A stretch of 64,000 nucleotides of DNA from a bacterium (GTDB lineage Bacteria; Bacteroidota; Ignavibacteria; UBA10030): contig JAZDJN010000016.1 of assembly GCA_043803945.1 (NCBI GenBank), positions 235,410 through 299,409 of the forward strand. The letters run 5' to 3'. This document shows, piece after piece, positions 11,621-21,728 of this stretch (its first letter is position 1; each line of letters begins with the position of its first letter). The notes beneath the pieces were generated by a model. It ran no database searches. It saw only the letters and a list, made by a program, of their open reading frames with translations, and was not told the DNA's origin. A program made the position numbers and the translations under genes.

Positions 11621-12190
11621 ATGATTATTCTGGGCGTCGATCCCGGCACACTTATTACAGGCTATGGAGTCATTGAGGTAAAAAACGGAAAACTCCGAAT
11701 GCTTGCTTCCGATGTAATCAAGAATCGAAGCGACTATTCCATGCCCCTCCGCCTGAAGAAAATTTACGATACGCTCTGTATGGTGATCGACCGATATCAT
11801 CCCGATGAGTTCGCCATTGAGACTGCATTTTATGGGAAGAATGTTCAATCGGCACTCAAGCTTGGCCATGCCCGGGGTGTTTCAATACTTGCCGCAGTCC
11901 ATCGCCAACTCCCGACCTCAGAGTACTCTCCAAGGGAGATCAAACAATCGGTTGTCGGCAGTGGCGCTGCATCAAAGGATCAGGTGAGTTACATGGTCCA
12001 AGCAATCTTTCGAATTAAAGAGAGATCAAAAAACCTTGACGTTACTGATGCCCTCGCAGTGGCTTTTTGCCATTACTTGCGACGGGTATCCACCCCCACA
12101 CTGTCCGGCAAACCAGCCAGCCGGTCCAAATCATCCGCCACAAGCTGGAAATCATTCGTTGAGAAGAACACACATAGGATCATCAAATAA
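11621..12190 (+). CDS. ruvC: Holliday junction resolvase RuvC
   Basis: ILGVDPG, LGHARG, DALAVAFCH. Confidence 0.96.
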   Translation: MIILGVDPGTLITGYGVIEVKNGKLRMLASDVIKNRSDYSMPLRLKKIYDTLCMVIDRYHPDEFAIETAFYGKNVQSALKLGHARGVSILAAVHRQLPTSEYSPREIKQSVVGSGAASKDQVSYMVQAIFRIKERSKNLDVTDALAVAFCHYLRRVSTPTLSGKPASRSKSSATSWKSFVEKNTHRIIK

Positions 12191-12192
12191 AC

Positions 12193-12801
12193 ATGATAGC
12201 CTCACTCACTGGCCTCCTTCGACATAAGGCACCGACTGAAATCATCATCGATGTTCAAGGAGTCGGTTATGCCATTCACATTCCATTCTCAACATATGAG
12301 AAACTCGGTGAACTCAATTCAACAGCTACCCTGCTCACCTATCTTCAAGTGAGGGAAGATGCAATGCAGCTCTATGGTTTCTTCACTGAAGAGGAACGGT
12401 TTTACTTTAAACTTCTTATTTCAGTGTCAGGCATTGGGCCGAGGATTGCTCAAGGGATACTCTCGGGAATCTCGGTGGATGATCTGGGGAAACACATCGC
12501 ATCAGGCAACATCCTAGCACTCACGGCAATTCCGGGGGTAGGGAAGAAAACAGCCGAGCGTATGATTATCGAATTACGCGATAAAATCGGCAAACTTGAC
12601 ACTGTGCATCCCTCAACCGCTGCACAGACAAGTCTCCCATCAGATACTCGGTATGAAGCAATGCTCGCACTCACTTCTCTGGGGTATCCGAAACCAGTCG
12701 CCGAGAAAGCTATCCGTCTCGCCTCGAGCGAATCAGGCGGGACAGAGCCTACTTTGCAAGACCTTATCAAACGAGCATTGCGGCATACGACGACAAAGTA
12801 A
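12193..12801 (+). CDS. ruvA: Holliday junction branch migration protein RuvA
   Basis: VREDAMQLYGF, VSGIGP, IPGVGKKTAERMIIELRDK. Confidence 0.97.
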   Translation: MIASLTGLLRHKAPTEIIIDVQGVGYAIHIPFSTYEKLGELNSTATLLTYLQVREDAMQLYGFFTEEERFYFKLLISVSGIGPRIAQGILSGISVDDLGKHIASGNILALTAIPGVGKKTAERMIIELRDKIGKLDTVHPSTAAQTSLPSDTRYEAMLALTSLGYPKPVAEKAIRLASSESGGTEPTLQDLIKRALRHTTTK

Positions 12802-12851
12802 TTCTCGACGCACATTGATATTCAACCCTGTTCTCGCTACATTTTATCTGT

Positions 12852-13892
12852 ATGAGACAATCAGATTACACATCTCCTGAACCACTGGAACAGGAAAAAG
12901 AACTCGATCATTCATTGCGCCCATCGAGACTCAACGACTTTACCGGACAGCAGAAGCTGGTCGATAACCTTGTTGTATTTATACACGCCGCTAAACAACG
13001 TAACGAACCGCTTGATCACGTACTCCTGACAGGGCCGCCAGGCCTCGGTAAAACGACGCTGGCATTCATCATCGCCAACGAGATGGGCACAGGGATTAAG
13101 ATCACATCGGGCCCCGCATTGGAAAAACCCGGAGACCTTGCCGGCATCCTCACTTCTCTCGGAAAAGGCGAAGTTCTTTTCATTGATGAAATCCATCGCG
13201 TTCCGGTAAAGATTGAAGAGTACCTCTACTCTGCAATGGAAGAGTATCGAGTAGACATTATCATCGATAGCGGACCCGGCGCAAAAACGATTTCGCTCAG
13301 CCTTGAGCCATTCACCTTGGTCGGTGCTACTACACGAGCAGGATTGCTGAGTTCGCCTCTGCGCTCGCGCTTTGGTATTACCAATCGACTCGATTATTAT
13401 CATGCCGATCAATTGAAAACCATCATCGAACGATCTGCGGGTATATTGAATATTGAAATCACAGAAGAGGCCGCCGCCAATTTAGCAAAACGCTCCCGCG
13501 GAACTCCCCGTATTGCTAATCGTCTATTGCGGCGTTGCCGCGATTTTGCACAGGCAGAACGAAAACTCGCCCAGCATAAAGGAGTCATTACCCGCGAGGT
13601 TGCACAATACTCGCTGCAGGCATTAGAAGTCGATGACCATGGATTGGATGACATGGACAAGAGGATTCTAAAAGTGGTCATTGAAAAATATAAAGGTGGA
13701 CCCGTCGGGCTGAACACATTAGCGGTAGCTGTCGGCGAGGAAGCCGGCACAATTGAAGAGGTCTATGAACCGTATCTTATTCAGGAGGGATTCCTCTCGC
13801 GCACTCCCCGTGGACGCGAGGCAACTGACCTCGCCTATCAACACCTTGGATACCAGCGGAAAGGAATACCGCAGGGATCTCTCGGTTTGTAA
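12852..13892 (+). CDS. ruvB: Holliday junction helicase RuvB
   Basis: [28 protein letters not shown]. Confidence 0.98.
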   Translation: MRQSDYTSPEPLEQEKELDHSLRPSRLNDFTGQQKLVDNLVVFIHAAKQRNEPLDHVLLTGPPGLGKTTLAFIIANEMGTGIKITSGPALEKPGDLAGILTSLGKGEVLFIDEIHRVPVKIEEYLYSAMEEYRVDIIIDSGPGAKTISLSLEPFTLVGATTRAGLLSSPLRSRFGITNRLDYYHADQLKTIIERSAGILNIEITEEAAANLAKRSRGTPRIANRLLRRCRDFAQAERKLAQHKGVITREVAQYSLQALEVDDHGLDDMDKRILKVVIEKYKGGPVGLNTLAVAVGEEAGTIEEVYEPYLIQEGFLSRTPRGREATDLAYQHLGYQRKGIPQGSLGL

Positions 13893-13986
13893 TCTGGAAA
13901 CTGCTTACACTGCTACACTTCGAAATTTCTTCAGGGACCGCAGGACTGACACAATAGCCTTTTATCATGGCGATTCAACCATTTTT

Positions 13987-14116
13987 AACCACTGATGACA
14001 CACTGATAATCACTGAGAAAAGGAAGTAGTTTGAAATCTTGTCCAAAGAAAGAACAAATAAAATCCTTATCTGTGTTCACCCCATTAAACGGGGTAAATC
14101 GGTGTGTCATCCGTGG
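13987..14116. repeat. Short-period (CAC[A/T]GAT-type) repeat element with an internal palindrome
   Basis: AACCACTGATGACACACTGATAATCACTGA on the left arm, inverted ATCTGTG...ATCGGTGTGTCATCCGTGG on the right arm, with CACCCC...GGGGTA nested inside. The left arm recurs inverted at 55347-55473. Confidence 0.65.
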
Positions 14117-14160
14117 AGAACTTACTGATGAAGAATTTAAGAAGCTGCTATAACATTCGC

Positions 14161-14832
14161 GTGATCACCAAACTTCCCCCTTTCTTTTATCTTCGAGATA
14201 CCGTGCAAGTGGCTCGAGAGCTTCTTGGGAAACGGTTGGTACGAATTATCAACGGTAGTCGATTAGTCGGAATAATCGTTGAGACCGAAGCGTATTGTGA
14301 AGGAGACGCAGCTTCCCACTCATTCCGCGGCAGAACAAAACGAAATGACGTTATGTTCTGGAGAGGAGGCCACCTCTATGTTTACTTCACTTACGGAATG
14401 CACTTCTGCGCTAATGTTGTAACGAGAGAAGAAGGGGCAGGCGAAGCGGTGCTGATTCGTGCTATCGAACCCACGGAGGGGATTGAGAGGATGATGAGGA
14501 ATAGAGGGATGAATGAGAGAGGGGGAGAGAGGGAGAATGGGAGAGAGGGTGAGAGTAAGAGTGTGAGAGGGAGAGAGAGTAAGAGTGGAAGAGAGTATGA
14601 GAGTAAGAAACAACTTTTCAATCTAACGAATGGGCCGGCGAAGTTGTGCCAGGCATTTGGCATTGGGAGAGAAGAGAATGGAACGGATTTATCGGGTAAT
14701 GAGATCTATATAGTAGATGTCCAAAGCGAGAGACGACTAACGATCAGCTCTTCAACGAGGGTAGGTATTAAAAATGGGAAGGGAAAAAAATGGAGATATT
14801 ATGTGAAGGGTAACGATTGGGTATCAACTTGA
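14161..14832 (+). CDS. mpg: 3-methyladenine DNA glycosylase (MPG/AAG family) with low-complexity insert
   Basis: VARELLGK, IVETEAY, YVYFTYGMHFC, AVLIRAIEP, NGPAKLCQA, RVGI. GTG start at 14161 is inferred. Confidence 0.93.
   Translation: MITKLPPFFYLRDTVQVARELLGKRLVRIINGSRLVGIIVETEAYCEGDAASHSFRGRTKRNDVMFWRGGHLYVYFTYGMHFCANVVTREEGAGEAVLIRAIEPTEGIERMMRNRGMNERGGERENGREGESKSVRGRESKSGREYESKKQLFNLTNGPAKLCQAFGIGREENGTDLSGNEIYIVDVQSERRLTISSSTRVGIKNGKGKKWRYYVKGNDWVST
14475..14610 (+). repeat. Purine-rich degenerate ~8-bp tandem repeat inside mpg
   Basis: 136 nt without a C. Units such as GGGAGAGA, GGGAGAAT and GTAAGAGT. Confidence 0.8.
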
Positions 14833-14886
14833 ACTTTCGATTTCATGAAAGACCAGGGCTGGTGAATGCGTATGAAAATAATCTTC

Positions 14887-15111
14887 TTATGACACCCGCT
14901 TTAATGCTTGAAGCGGCGCATCAAGTTCTAAACGCAGCAAAGATCTCATTTGGATTTTCCGTGAAGCATTGAGAATTTCAATACCCACGATCTTATTCGT
15001 TTTTGTTGTATCAAGATTCACACCATCTGTAATCTCTACAACTCCATCGGGGCGACTCTTCGAGAGTTCAATATATACTGAATCGGTCTCTTTGTCATAA
15101 TATACTTTCAT
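14887..15111 (-). CDS. DUF2283-type small protein (putative antitoxin)
   Basis: MKVYYDKETDSVYIEL...IVGIEILNAS signature. Confidence 0.85.
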   Translation of the reverse strand: MKVYYDKETDSVYIELSKSRPDGVVEITDGVNLDTTKTNKIVGIEILNASRKIQMRSLLRLELDAPLQALKRVS

Positions 15112-15210
15112 TCTATTATTCCCTTCTTTAGAGGATATGCAGTCACCACGATATCAAGGTAGTTAAGGTCAGGACGATCTACAATAGAGGCGTGAAGGTT
15201 TTTCCATAAA
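15108..15210 (-). pseudogene. 3' remnant of a DUF4258/BrnT-like toxin partner
   Basis: Minus frame ends ...DIVVTAYPLKKGIIE*, and its TGA overlaps the DUF2283 ATG. No convincing N-terminal part seen. Confidence 0.45.
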
Positions 15211-15238
15211 GGTAATCCCTGGGTATCCAGATGAAGGA

Positions 15239-15393
15239 AGAAGTCCGACTTCGAAATAATAGAAGTCTGTCTTCTTACGCAGATCTAGCGAAGATTAGAA
15301 GACAGACTTCTACGAAAAGGCAGGCCTAAAAGTCCGTCTTCTTACCGAGATTAAGCATGGATCAGAAGACGGACTTTTATATACAGACTTCTA
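15239..15393. repeat. REP-like inverted-repeat cluster
   Basis: Two perfect 16-bp stems (15260-15275/15297-15312 and 15327-15342/15364-15379) plus partial copies. Two copies end in CTAC (reverse complement of GTAG). Confidence 0.75.
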
Positions 15394-15416
15394 CAACGAT
15401 ATTTAAAAAAACAATC

Positions 15417-18400
15417 TCACTTTAATAGCAACATACGTTTCGTGTCAATATACTTACCAGCCTGCATGCGATAGATATAGATACCGCTCGGTAGATTTCG
15501 AGTATCGAATCTTACGCTATGCCTGCCCGGCCCCTTCTGTTCGTTGACCAGCATCCCAACCTGCTCTCCGATAAGATTAAAGATCCTCAGCGTCACATAT
15601 TCCGAGGAAGGTAAATTGTATTCAATCGTTGTTGATGGATTGAAGGGATTGGGGTAGTTCGAGAGTTTGAATTCAGATGGAACGTTCGAGAGTTCTTCTC
15701 TCATTTTTTCGAGTACGAGATCCGATGTTGCTCCTTGAGAGGCAATAAGAAATTGCGGATTGGCTTGAACTATATAAATCGGGCCATCATCAAGAGCAAC
15801 TGCACCCTTCGATTGATTGGGCAGGACATTGATTCGATAGCTTGCAGTTCCTTTATTTCCACAAGGATCGATAACGGCAAGATTGACCGTATAAACGCGC
15901 CCATTCCCCCCTCCCATCCGTTCCGCTCGAACCTGAATGGATCTGCAATCTTGAGCAATCACAATATCATTATATGTATTTCCATCATCATCACCAGGCG
16001 CATCTTCCAATTCATCACTTGATGCAGAAACAATCTGAACATCTGAAACAGGAATCTCACCGGCGCATGCATCATTTACCGACCTTACCATTGCACTTAG
16101 ATTGAAGGAGATGTACTTATGATTGGGTGGCGATAAGTATGCAGGAGAGGCAACGGTGATGATTGGCGGTTTTGCATCGACTATGTTTATGACCACTTGA
16201 TCTGTGCTCGTTCCACCATGACCATCATTCACTGTTAAAGTAATGAGATGAGAACCGCAAGGTAAGGTCACAATAGGTGTAGGACCTGTTACGGTGCCAA
16301 ATGGTCCTGTCCACGTAAAGGTTAGTTCATCACCATCAGGATCGCTTGAAGCCGAGGCATTAAGTTGCACTGGTGTGCTTGTAGTGGAGATGCATTCAAT
16401 CGTTTGATCAAGTCCAGCATCGGCAATCGGTGGGTGATTGATTGGAGGCAGGCTCGCAATACTTACATTGTCGAAAGATATTCGATCGTCGGCACCCAAG
16501 AATCCCACACCCCCGCCGGTGAGTGCATTTGCGATAACGGTCAAATCTACCAATAAAGTCTCAACACCGCCCACTTCATTGAAGTAGGCCAAGATCCTGT
16601 TTCCACGAATCGAGATCTTTATATGATAGTCTATTCCCACAGCAATTGTCCTGTTACCTGTTGCCAGATTGGAACCCGAGTTCCCATCGTTGTAGTAGTG
16701 TCTCAAATACCAGCTACCGTTGCGCCCCTGAAAATCGAGATAGTAGGTGTTTAGCATGATGTTGTTACCGGGGGCTCTTTTGACACTACTCAGATAGAAG
16801 GCAACCCTGAGACCGTTGTAGCCGTCTTCCAATGACTGCTCAACCCTCATATCTGCTTCAATCACATAGTTATTCCATGTCGGGCTTCCGCATGCAATAA
16901 CATTGTTTTGCTGGTCGTGAGTAATCAGTTCTGCTCTTCCATTGGATAACGTTGGAGTAACTGCCGGCCCGTACAAACCGGTGCTGAATCCATCGTACCC
17001 CCAGCCGTCCAGGTTGCCATCGCTAAAGGTTTCATAGAACGGCAAAGGGATAACCGATCCATCATCTACTACATTTATTGTCACTTGGTCTGAGTTCAAG
17101 CCTCCCAATCCATCTGAGACTGTGAGAGTTACGACATTGTTCCCGACTGGCATCTGTACTATCGGATTGGATCCAGTTGCAGTCCCAAATGGCCCACTCC
17201 ATAAGTATGAAAGAGGATGACCATCTGGATCGGTGGATAAGCTTCCATCCAACGTGACAAGAGTAGTGCTGCAGATTGTTTGTGCCTTAACCACTTGATC
17301 GGAGCCAGCGTTTGCAATTGGTGAGTTGTTGCCTGATGTAAGGTTCTTATAGATTGTAATTGTACTGCTTGTATGATTAGCGATCACAATATCCGGTTTA
17401 CCGTCGTTATCGAGATCTGCGAACTCAACAGAATGCGGTAAACTTCCAGCAGGTATCGACTGAGCAGGTTCAAATGAATTTTCATTCAAGCCAGGAGAAG
17501 TAATTACATTCCTCAAGATCGAAATATTATCTCCCCCTTGATTTGCACTTGCAATATCTACCCTTCCATCTCCATCTAAATCTGCTGCTGCTATCCAGCG
17601 TGCTACTGGAGAAACAGGAAAGTCAACCTTTGGGGCAATTGTGAAAGAACCAACAGTCGATAAATTTCTAAAAACAGACACCGAAGCTGAATAATCGTTT
17701 GAAGTGATGATATCGATCAGACTATCTTTGTCAACATCGCATACTTTTGGATAATTGACACCCTTAGCCGCTTCAATATCTATGCGTGTTTCAAATAAAA
17801 TATCATGGCCGGTGCTTGTATTTCGTAGAAGAGAAATTGTACTTGAATAAACATTTGTTGTAATGATATCAGGTTTTGAATCGTTGTCAATATCTGCCGT
17901 TGTTACAAAAGTGGGACCATTGCCTGTTAAAAGGCTAATGCGTTGTGAGAATGATGATTCAGTCAGCGAACCTAGTGTGGATTGGTTAACGAACACCATA
18001 ACTGAATTACCAACAGTCCAAACTCCCCACTCTGAATACTGAGTGACAATAATTTCAGGCTTTCCATCTGAATTTAGGTCTTAAATTGTAACACCCCAGG
18101 GACCCATTGGAGTAAAAAGGTCTATTCTAGATTCAAATGAATTTACAGTAATAGCACCTGGTGAGCTAATATTCCTATATATAGAAACCGATCGCCCTCC
18201 ACAATTTGTTTGCACAATATCCAGTTTTCCGTCTCCGTCGAGATCACCGACAGCAACAGCCGTAACGGTATGTGTACTTCCGGCAATAGGCAAATCAACA
18301 GATGGGGCGAATGAATTTGCAGAAAGAGGCGCTGATCCTGGTAGTATAATATTACGGTAGATACCAACACTATTGGATGCTACCTTCGGCACAACCAGAT

Positions 18401-18542
18401 CAAGCATCCCATCTCGATCGATATCAGCTACTACCATGCCGTACGGATTTGAGGCATTATAAATATCCGACCTGGGACCAACTATGATCTGAGCGGATAT
18501 CACAAATGGAATGAGAATAAGCAATAATAGACCTCTAATCAT
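15417..18542 (-). pseudogene. T9SS-secreted FG-GAP/PKD multidomain protein split by one in-frame TAA (18081-18083)
   Basis: ORFs 18081..18542 and 15417..17999 are in the same frame, and the linker reads GVTI*DLNSDGKPEII (FG-GAP repeat). Signal peptide at the N-terminus, two PKD-like repeats, C-terminal NYPNPFNP...KRMLLLK sorting domain. Confidence 0.85.
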
Positions 18543-18624
18543 AAATCCTCCTAATTGTTAAAAATGTGGATTACAACTTTGACTTATGGCATTTTATCCT
18601 CCGTGCTGAAAAAAAACCGCCACA

Positions 18625-18665
18625 AAAAAATATTATGAGGCGGTATTCAAAAAGAATTATGAGGC
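18625..18665 (-). promoter_or_regulatory. 17-bp direct repeat upstream of the T9SS cargo gene
   Basis: AAAAAATATTATGAGGC (18625) and AAAAAGAATTATGAGGC (18649), 24-bp period. Confidence 0.4.
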
Positions 18666-18672
18666 TCATGGA

Positions 18673-20088
18673 TCAATGCCTAATCATCGTTGCTTCTTCT
18701 ATCCATTGTTTCCCATCCCAGTATCGAACCTTATTTTGCAAAAACCTCAAATAGGTGTCATCCAATATAGTGGAGAACACGCCCTCCTCATTTCGTTGTT
18801 TAAAATATACTGCTGCTACATCTGTTTTTCTAATATTCAGAAGGGAAAGGTCATTTCTCGAAAAGGAATAATTGAATATACATGATCTGTTCTCATTTGA
18901 TAATGAATAAGTTAATGTAGAATCATCATATGGCTTCCCATCGAATCTAGGTTTTGTTTTCATTTTTTCGTCTATAGGAGATCTAAGCACTTTAATGTAA
19001 TATATTTCAGGAGATGGCATTTGTGTATTGAATCCTGGAGTAACCATGGAAGAACTCTTTCCAATTAATCTTGAGGGATCTATTATCGCAATTGATGCTT
19101 CACCCAGATCGTGCTCTCCTCGGTATGAACCCGATAAGGCGATCCTTTTCTTCGCCGGACTTACTACCGATACTGTTTCAGCAAAAAGAAAGTGTCCGAA
19201 ATGCCAGTATGCGCCAATTACTTCTAATTTCTCATTGAGTTTGAGCAGAACAAAAGGAGAATAAAAGTTACCCAATCCAACGTACAATTCTGGTATTTTA
19301 TTCTCATCAAAATCCCCTGTAAGGAGAAATTTGCAGATGAATACGTTCGGATAATCTTCTCGTTTATATGATACATTCTTACCTAAATCACGACTAAATA
19401 GCGAATCACCATCCGGTGAATATATTCTTATCAGGCTTGTTCTTGTCCAATCATCAGGATCAACCGGAAAGAATGTCACCAGTTCATTTCTCCCATCGTT
19501 GTTTAGGTCGATCAAAGTAGTAAACATTTTCGCTGAAACTTCATAAGTCGGCCGATCACACCAGTAGGGTATCGTCCACAATTGCTGCCGTGCACTATTA
19601 TACACAGCAATCGAATGTAGGGAATCTATATAATCATAACGAACTGGATTTCTATCACTAATTCGATCATTCTCATAATTATTCCTAGGGAAGAAAAGAA
19701 AGAGCATAAAGGCGATCGATAAAAGACCTACTCCACCAACCCTTATCGGCACTGAATATTTCTTCATATAGTACCTGAACTTCTCAATTCCTCTTAATGG
19801 CTCGTAATAGACCTGTGTATATTCTTCAGGTTTACGTGAGAGATATTGTACTGCTCTTCTTATCAATGCACGCTCGGGCTTAGCACCGAGTTTCGGATTT
19901 TCATCTAACTCTTTATGAGTTGTCATATAGAATTCCTTCATCTCTAGAAAGAGCTGTTGGCAGCCCGGACACAAATCGAGATGTGCTTCGATCTCCCTTG
20001 CCCGCTTAAGCACTTGCTCATCACCCAAAAGAAAAAGCTCTAATGTATGTTCATCGATGTGTCTCATTTCACCTGATATTTCTTTCAT
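18673..20088 (-). CDS. Zinc-binding anti-sigma-like (zf-HC2/ZAS) single-pass membrane protein with periplasmic beta-propeller-like domain
   Basis: N-terminal HIDE...IEAHLDLCPGC (HxxxCxxC), TM segment VGGVGLLSIAFMLFLFF, and DLNNDGRNELV and GDFDENKIPEL FG-GAP-like motifs. Confidence 0.75.
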   Translation of the reverse strand: MKEISGEMRHIDEHTLELFLLGDEQVLKRAREIEAHLDLCPGCQQLFLEMKEFYMTTHKELDENPKLGAKPERALIRRAVQYLSRKPEEYTQVYYEPLRGIEKFRYYMKKYSVPIRVGGVGLLSIAFMLFLFFPRNNYENDRISDRNPVRYDYIDSLHSIAVYNSARQQLWTIPYWCDRPTYEVSAKMFTTLIDLNNDGRNELVTFFPVDPDDWTRTSLIRIYSPDGDSLFSRDLGKNVSYKREDYPNVFICKFLLTGDFDENKIPELYVGLGNFYSPFVLLKLNEKLEVIGAYWHFGHFLFAETVSVVSPAKKRIALSGSYRGEHDLGEASIAIIDPSRLIGKSSSMVTPGFNTQMPSPEIYYIKVLRSPIDEKMKTKPRFDGKPYDDSTLTYSLSNENRSCIFNYSFSRNDLSLLNIRKTDVAAVYFKQRNEEGVFSTILDDTYLRFLQNKVRYWDGKQWIEEATMIRH

Positions 20089-21120
20089 CTAATCGCCACT
20101 GCTGAAAATGTTTCTTAATCGCTCTTCCACGCATCGACCAAGGTATTCCAAAATATTCTTATGCTTCCTCGAATATTCTTCTTTCGTTAATCCCTCAATG
20201 TGCCGCTGTAACTCCCTTTGATAACTGAAGCCCTCTCCATTCTGAAAGATAAGCACTGCATGCAAACGCCTTTCGATAACTGTAAAGTATGATTCGTACA
20301 CCTCGGTACATACTTTACGCTTGCCAACGTATTTAATGGCCATCTTCTCTCGTACATGTTTACATGCTTCCCGAATCAGAAGGCGTATATCTTCCTCCAT
20401 AAGGGTTTCTTCAACTTCAGGCCGCTGAATGTCGGAAATCGCAGGAGAGCCAAAGACCGATCTGAATACCTTTGCAACCATGATGATCGGCAATGATCGG
20501 GAGTATGTATTTTGTTCGCGTATTATTCGTGAGAGTGTTGAAAGGAGTGAAGGGATGATATTTGTTTCATCCCCAGTTGCCCGCATATCCACCTCGAGCA
20601 ATTCAATCGGGTATTCAGGGAGATTCAATAATGGATCACAACAACTCGGTGCGATGTAACTCTCTCCAAATCGCTCGAACTCCGTAAAATTATTCAACGT
20701 CTGAAGTGCAATTTTTATATTCCTTAGAATCCTTCCTAATGTTGGATCGATCTCGTTGTAGAGTCTGAAAAGATTGATATTCACCTTCGAGAAGACCAAC
20801 CGACGGAGCTGGGCGATGAGTTCCTCGTTGGACATAGAAGAAACGGGGAAACCCTCAAAATAGATTTTAAGCTGAACCAAATTTCCATACTGATCCCGCT
20901 GAAAGAGATCAGCGATGCAGTCGTACCCCAGGTCGGTTAAGTCAATGCCTAAGAGATTTTTCGTGAGTCGACCTGAAGCGCGTTTGCTCTTGAGAAATGA
21001 GATTGCCAATCCGTGGCAGAGTTTAACGAGTTCGTTTAACCGCTGCTCGTTGTAGGAAGAGGAAAGAATAGCCTCAAGGCAGGTGCGGATGTCGGGAAGG
21101 ATATTTTTCGTGGATGACAT
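20089..21120 (-). CDS. Hypothetical protein, possibly a highly divergent ECF-type sigma factor
   Basis: 343-aa ORF abutting the anti-sigma-like gene with 0-bp spacing. LTDLGYDCIADLF and LIAQLRRLVFSKVNINLFRLY weakly resemble sigma regions 2.2 and 2.3-2.4. Confidence 0.55.
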   Translation of the reverse strand: MSSTKNILPDIRTCLEAILSSSYNEQRLNELVKLCHGLAISFLKSKRASGRLTKNLLGIDLTDLGYDCIADLFQRDQYGNLVQLKIYFEGFPVSSMSNEELIAQLRRLVFSKVNINLFRLYNEIDPTLGRILRNIKIALQTLNNFTEFERFGESYIAPSCCDPLLNLPEYPIELLEVDMRATGDETNIIPSLLSTLSRIIREQNTYSRSLPIIMVAKVFRSVFGSPAISDIQRPEVEETLMEEDIRLLIREACKHVREKMAIKYVGKRKVCTEVYESYFTVIERRLHAVLIFQNGEGFSYQRELQRHIEGLTKEEYSRKHKNILEYLGRCVEERLRNIFSSGD

Positions 21121-21170
21121 ACGATGTGTTACTTCATAATGAGACCAAGCACTATCTTCACTCTAAATTG

Positions 21171-21728
21171 CTACTTCATCTTGAGCAATTGTTGAACATT
21201 CTCCAGAACGTCGCTCCGTTCTAGATCAATAAATGCCCTAGCGATAGCGAGGAGGTACTTTGAGTCAAGGTGTTTGCTGTAAAGCCTGGCAAGTAATTGC
21301 ACATCGTCTCGATCTCTACCCCTGTCAGCAGCAAGTTTATAAATAATCAAATCCTCGACAGTACAACATGGTATTGATCTGCCAGCAACTTTCTTTTGAA
21401 TTGCCCGTCGCACAGCACTTCTATCAAATCCACCCAGGCCCGCTGAAATATCAATCTCAACACCTGTCTCCGGATCGGTTACGGGAAGGACAAAATACTT
21501 TTCAAAAAAATCTTCTGGATGATCTTTTCTCGGTTTATAGAACTTAAGAATGCGTGCTGCAGTTGCTTTTAAAACATCAAATTCTATGAGGAGCGTGATA
21601 TCAATATCCTTTGTTACCCTCTGAATTCCATATAAGATTACTGCATATCCTCCAATGAGAATATATCGTAAATTGTTTTGCATCAGATTGTCATCGAGTC
21701 GTAATATTGTCTTCTCGAATTGAGTCAT
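21171..21728 (-). CDS. Pol-beta-superfamily nucleotidyltransferase (AbiEii/DUF6036-like putative toxin)
   Basis: YILIGGYAV...RVTKDIDI and EDLIIYKLAADRGRDRDDV motifs. Confidence 0.82.
   Translation of the reverse strand: MTQFEKTILRLDDNLMQNNLRYILIGGYAVILYGIQRVTKDIDITLLIEFDVLKATAARILKFYKPRKDHPEDFFEKYFVLPVTDPETGVEIDISAGLGGFDRSAVRRAIQKKVAGRSIPCCTVEDLIIYKLAADRGRDRDDVQLLARLYSKHLDSKYLLAIARAFIDLERSDVLENVQQLLKMK

Noticed and set aside
18081-18083. Possible recoding (Sec/Pyl or alternative genetic code) at the internal stop
   Set aside because: The codon is TAA, which terminates many genes normally in this window. Sec and Pyl use TGA and TAG.
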